Source: the human T2T-CHM13v2.0 reference genome, Homo sapiens
Strand: one strand, 5' to 3'
Length of the DNA stretch: 64,000 nucleotides
Assembly: GCF_009914755.1 (NCBI RefSeq)
Contig: NC_060944.1
The first letter of the stretch is position 1; each line of letters starts with the position of its first letter. The notes under the pieces are model-generated. The model searched no databases. It was not told the DNA's origin and saw only the letters and a list, made by a program, of their open reading frames with translations. Of the stretch, positions 51,183 through 64,000 are shown in pieces. A program made the position numbers and the translations under genes.

Positions 51183-51937
51183 ACTCAGCTTGAGATGCAG
51201 CTGGACTCAAACATTCCAACTGACTGGTTTAAGCAACTTCTCTTATTTTCCATCTATTCTATTGCAACAATCATTGGGAATATTTTTTATTCTGAGTAGT
51301 TTAGATTTCTGATTTCCTAGTCTAGTGCCTAAAACATAGCAGACACTCAAAAGTACCTGTGGAATGAGACCTAGCAATTATGATTCACATCTTAGAATTG
51401 AGGAAATCAGCTTAGAGAATTGAAGTGGTGTCTTGAGTCATACGGCCAATGAGTAAGGGAGCACCTAGGTCCGACCCCACACCTGGGTTCTGCCAGGATC
51501 TCTCCTGGGGATGGCCACCCCGGAGGACCAAAGATGTCATGGACAGAATCTAGATCTCAGTAGAGCCTGGAGCAGAGGCCCAGATGGGCAGGAGATGGAA
51601 TGAGCCCACTGAGAGCCAAGTATCCCTGCCTGGTAGATCAGAGAGTTCTGGACTCAGAGGCTGAGCTATATATTCAGGGGTCTCAAGACTCTGGAGCTAA
51701 CCTGGCCTGCCCCTGAGTTAGAGGAAACATGGGAATGATAATAATAATCGCCAAGAGTTATCAAATCTTTGTTATGCCAGGCACTTATGGGTATTATCTT
51801 GTTAAATTCTCCTAAGAAAGTCCCAAGGTGGGTCCTATTTTTAGCTCCATTTTACAGTTGGAAAAACTGAGGCTCAGAAAGAAATTACTTAAACTGGTTA
51901 GTGGTGAGGTTTGAGCCTACTGCGTCTTAAGCTGAGC

Positions 51938-52102
51938 CAGGGCTGGTTCATGGCTGTGCCATCTATGTAGTCGCACAGGGCCCTGTGCTTAGAAGGAGCC
52001 CATGCTTGGTTTACTGCTCTGCTGTGTTGCTCAATACTTTTTGAACAAAAGACCGCAGTTTTCATTTTGCAGTGGGTCTCATAAACTATGCAGCCGGCCC
52101 AG
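51938..52102 (+). mobile_element. MER45A-like element, copy 2
   Basis: cagggctggttcatgg...gtcgcacagggcc...; 8-bp TSD agctgagc/ggctgagc. Confidence 0.78.
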
Positions 52103-52450
52103 GGCTGAGCCTCACCACTTTTCTATTTAATACTCACAGTAGCCCTAGAGAAAGGTCCCATGAGCGTCCCTGTTTTGTAGAAGAGGCTCCTGGGGCTAAA
52201 AGAGCTGCAGCATCTGACGTGGGCATAGGAGCAATCAAGCTGGAAGCCAGTGGGTGTGAGCGCAGAGCCTGGGAGCTTATCACTTCACTACGCTGCTTCT
52301 TGGGACACTGGGGGTGCCCTCTGCCGGAGTCAGGCAAATTTTCAGTGGACCCCTCTTTACTCTATCTTCATGGGGTCAAGCTTCTTCAGGCATGGCAGAG
52401 CACTTAGTGCCCCTCTAGGGACTGACCAGCCGGGGGTGGACCCTGTTCTA

Positions 52451-52800
<350 letters not shown>

Positions 52801-54062
52801 CCTAGGTGCCCGGGAGGGAGGTGGGCACTGAGGTCATAGGACGCACTCCAGAATCGGGTGGAATTTGGAGCAAACATTGGATCTTCCTCTTCTTGGCTGT
52901 GCAAGATTTCAAAGTCACTTCCCATTTCTGAGCCTTTTGTTTCTTCATCTGCAGCGTAGGAACAACGGCAATTCCCTCCTCAGAACAGTTTTGGTAAGAT
53001 TATGAGAAATAATGTGAGGGCACAGAACAATGTAAATGCTAAACATATTAACCATTATTATTCATGATGTGCAGAAAGTAGAGGAGGTGACATTGCTTAA
53101 GAAGAAGGATTTATTATAAAGCAAGCCCCATGGGGGCCTCCTTTTAGCACTGCAGGGAGGGTACAGGCCTAATTCCTAAAAGTATAATCATGTGTAACTC
53201 TCTCAGCCTCTGTTTCCTGGGGTCCAAGTGAAACATACTCAGATTGTGCAAACATTTGCGTTTGTGGCATCTTTGTTTCCTGTAAGTGATCTGAACTTCC
53301 TCAGGAGCCTCCTGGTGCTGGCTATCAAGAAGGAAAAGCTTAATCTTGCCAATTCATGCAATCCAGGCAATCTCTTTAGCCACACTGTCTGGGTTCAAAT
53401 CTTGGCTTTACTCAGTCTGGCTGTGTGACCTTAGGACAATCATTTGACCACTTTATGCCTCGGTTTCCTCATCTGTAAAACAGGAATAAAAATGTGGTAG
53501 CATGTGTGGGGTGGAGTAAGCACTCTATAGGCTTTCACCATTGTCTTTTAGGTTAACTCAGTCTTTTAATTAACTCAGGGAAAAGTACAAGAACAACTCA
53601 GCCTTTCATTATTTCACTTCCTCCCTCATGCTTCAGAAGGTTCTGGGTGCAGAGGAAGCTGAAGATTCTCCAGCAACAGGGTGGCAGGCCTTGGATCTGA
53701 GTATGTACCCTGGGTCCCAGAGGTCTGGTGTCTACTATGAGGAGGTTAGTCTGGCCTGGTCCCCAAGGACTTTGCACTGGGTCTGTGACTGGTCTTTTCT
53801 AGACTTTTGAGGCCTTGCATTGATACCCCTGCTCAATTCCATTACTCCCTCTACTTGTTCTCCTGTCAATGAGATCTATATAGTGAAACTTCTTTGAAAG
53901 GGCCACAAGCCTAGATGATTCCACCAGACCCTCAGTACTTTCCATGTCATTCTTACACGGGAATTTCTGAATCACCTGCTCATCTATGCAGATTTCTTTC
54001 TCAGCTATTGTTTTTTTCTAAAGTTTTACTTACAAATAATTTTATTTTAATAGGCAAGGCAT

Positions 54063-54565
54063 TGTATTGGTTAGCTATTGCTGCATAACAAAGCACCCCA
54101 AAATTTAGAAGCTTAAAAACTAAATGTTCAGTTAATTTACTATTTTGTGGGTTGACAATTCAGTCAGGGCTCCATTTGGTGGTTCGGTCTTCTCATCTCA
54201 GCAGATTTTGGCTGGGAATGTTCATGCACTTGAGGTCAGCTGCAGGTTGGCTAGGTGGCTTTGTTACTGCGGTTGACTGATTGTTAACCCAGGTACCTCA
54301 GCTGTCCTCTATGTGGTCTCTCATCTTCCAGGACACTAACTTAGTCTTGTTCTCATGAAAGGGGCAGTTTTGAGAGACAGTGCAAGGTACAAGGAAACTT
54401 CTGCCATATTCTTTTGGCCACATCAAGTTACAAGACCAGACAAGATTCAAGGAATGGAAAATAGACTTTGCCTCTTGTTAGGGAACTGCAAAGCCTAATT
54501 GCAAAAGGTGTGGATACAAAGAGGGGGTATAGAATTGTGGATATTTTTGTGATTTATCTGCCATG
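54063..54565 (-). mobile_element. old MLT1-type LTR
   Basis: tgtattggttagctattgctgcataaca start. Confidence 0.65.
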
Positions 54566-56359
54566 GGCATCTACAGGTACAAAATTCAGAGGTCTCAGTG
54601 TCTCATTTATAGGGCTCCCAGACATTACTTTCCTTAGGGTTAACCACAGTCACCAGTTTTTGAAGACATTCATTTCCTTTACTGTTTCTGATCTAGTGCT
54701 CAGAAGCCAGGTTGAATATGGTTTCTTTGTGATGTCGTGGACTATGAACACCCTGGGAAGACAGGCCATGATCCCTTATGCTGTAGGAATCCCTAAACTC
54801 CATTCCCACCCCACCCCAGCATTTGGACCTCAGGACTGTGGGGTTGGCAGGACTCTAGCATCTCAACCCCTGTCTTCTCCCTCTTTTTCTTACTTCCTCA
54901 CCAAGTCATAAGGGGAGGAGTTCCCCTTCTTTTCCTTCTGGTAGGGACTTTCCTAATCTCAGTCTTCTTCCTAACAGCTGGCCTTCTTTGTTCTAGATGG
55001 AATCCCTCCTGCCCCTTCCTCAAGACAGCAAGTCTCACACTCCAGCTTAGAATAGGAAAAAAGCTTCCAGGGAAGGAATTAAACTGCTGGGAGGTGGAGA
55101 AATGCAAAAGGAAATAGTTAAAAATGTTATATCTGTCACGTCATCTATAAAACACATGAAATGCGATTGCGCGTGAAGCACTGGCTTGCGATAATTGCTC
55201 AGTAACTAGGAACAGTGGCATTCCTCCTGGTCAGTGTGCTTGGGTATCACATGAACTATAGTGTCTATTACTAGCCTGAGTTAAGTTATCCTCAACAAGA
55301 GCACCCGAGGTATATATAGAACACAAGTCTACCCATAAAGCTTTTTTTCCTTCCACTACAAAAATGGAACTTTGTTAAAACAACAGCTTTTTGATTGTTT
55401 ACCATAAAATGGAAAACATACTAAGCAAGCACAGGGAAAGCGTTCAACCTTAGCAGCAATCAAGTAAATACCAGTCTTAAAAAGAGCAACACTGGTATCT
55501 TTGCAATCAGCATCTATCTCCACTTTTTCTATGCTCTCCTCTTTTTTTGGAGGTTCTAAAAGCCTAAGAACTGCATTTTCTGTAACTCTTTACCATCATT
55601 ATTCTAGGAGAGAATAATGAACCAAGGAGAGGTTCTTGCTTAGATTTGGAAGGTAAAAGGAGAGGCATGCTTGCTTCTCTAGCCATGAAGAGGGGGCAGA
55701 TACGTGAGAATTGGTGGATTTAATTTATGCAAATGTGAGGTTTTGCAGTGCTGCCTGTCTTCTATAAATCACCTCTAAAGCACAGGCAGCTGGCATCATT
55801 AGCAGCAGTTTCTGTGAGTCTCTCAGATTCCTGATTTTCCAAGAGCTACCAGTGAACTTGAGAGATAAAGCAGTGAGGATTTCCGATGGTCTGTAAACAC
55901 CAAATGCCACAAGTCCCATGAGAACCAAGCATGGCTTTTTATGACCGAACACAAAAGTCATCCAGCCTCATTTCTTCTCTTTTCATTTAGGAGGAAGCAT
56001 TTAGTGTCTCAATACTAAAGTCTCTAAGGTCCTCGAACTTGATTTTCTGCTATTGGCAATTTGTCCTGCCTTGTGGCTTGGTTTGCCTTTCTTACTCCCT
56101 TTTCCTGTTTCATGTCAAATCCCATGGCTTGCTTTTTGGTGTTTTTGTTTTAAATTTTTATGGAGTTCTGACTTACATACAGAAAAAGGCACAAACATTT
56201 AAATGTGCAGTTCAGTGAATTTTTAGACTTTTACATCCATATACATCTGTGTAATAACCACCCCAAGATGTAGAAAGTTCCTTCTTGTTTCATTCCATTC
56301 AATCTCTGGCCCCAGAGGCAGCCACCTCTGATTTCTATCACCATAGATTAGTTTTGCCT

Positions 56360-62875
<6,516 letters not shown>

Positions 62876-63119
62876 CTGTTGTTTTTATGTTTTCTCATTT
62901 ATCTCTTTTAACTGAGGTATTTATTTGCCTTTAAAGTAATTACTGACATGGAAGGACTTACTATTTTCGTTTTGTTACTTGTCTATATATATGGATAATA
63001 CATTCAATATATTTTAATATGTCTTGTCCAGTGGTTTTTGCTCCTTTTCTCCTTTGCTGCCTTCTTGTATGTTTTGTACTGACATATTTTGATTCTCTTT
63101 TCAATTCTGTTTGTGTATA

Positions 63120-63362
63120 CAGACAGTACCTGAATGTAAGCCCAGCATAAGATAAAAAGTTCCTATGATTTACAATGGGGTTATGGTTTCTACTAAATGT
63201 GTATTATTTTGCATAATTGTAGAGTTGAAAATTTGTAAGTTGAACATAAGTCAGGGACAGTATGCTGTGTTGCCAGCATCAAATGCAATTTTGACTTACA
63301 ATATTTTTGACTTCTGATGGGTTTATTCTTATGTTATCCCATCATAAGTTGAAGAGCATTGG
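63120..63362. mobile_element. MER47-like Tc-Mar/Tigger element within an older L1 fragment (62880-64000)
   Basis: TA-flanked; gacttacaatatttttgac and cccatcataagttgaagagcat motifs. Confidence 0.65.
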
Positions 63363-64000
63363 TATTCTATTCATATTTTATTTGTCATCACCATTGCAAC
63401 TACACAAAGAGACTTAAAGTTATAGCAAGATATTTTAAACCGATAACAACTTAACTTAAATTGCATATAAAAACTCTACTTCTTTACTTCTCTGCCCTCT
63501 TTATGTTACTGTAACAAAACAAATTACCTCTTTTTATATTGTGTATTCATCAACATAGATTTTTAGTTACTTCCCATGCTTTCGCTTTTAAAATTCTATA
63601 CCAAATTCAAAAGTGATTTATACAGCTATGTTACAATACTTCCAGATTTTATATTTGTCTCTATGTTTATGTTTACCTGGTAGATTTATACTTTTGTATG
63701 GCTTTGTGTTGCCATTCATCATCTTTTCATTTCAACTTGAAGGATTCCTTTCAGCACTTCTTTCAGGGCAGGTCTAATGGTGATGAATTCCCTCAGTTTT
63801 GTTTATCCAGGAAAGTCTTCATTTCCCCTTCATTTTGAAGGCAGTTTAGTACTATATAGTATTCTTTGTTGGCAGTTATTTTTTCTCTCATCACATCCCA
63901 CTCCTTCTAGCCTACAAGGGTTCTGTTGAGACTTTAGCTGATGATTTAATAGGAGCTCCTTTGTATGTGACAAGTTGCTTTTCTCTTGCTGCTTTCAAGA

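Overview
Primate (most likely human, 20p13) genomic DNA carrying two complete minus-strand genes in tandem. NSFL1C (p47, VCP/p97 cofactor) has 9 coding exons at 28021->4941 (1113 nt = 370 aa + stop) and a CpG-island promoter. SIRPB2 has 5 coding exons at 52552->37364 (1029 nt = 342 aa + stop: signal peptide, two IgV domains, TM helix with Lys, short tail). All coding exons were assembled by hand with GT-AG boundaries and consistent phases. The rest is repeat-rich (Alus, nested L1s, MaLR/ERV1 solo LTRs, MER DNA transposons, MIR/L2); repeat family names are from recalled consensus sequences and need RepeatMasker confirmation. I found no evidence of a wholly new gene system. The most notable unexplained structures are: a ~320-bp-arm inverted duplication just inside SIRPB2 intron 1; a 6-nt microexon and a candidate poison exon in NSFL1C intron 3; several splice routes to secreted or one-domain SIRPB2, including possible read-through into NSFL1C; a locally templated Alu-tail insertion; and a PU.1/IRF/NF-kB motif cluster upstream of SIRPB2.
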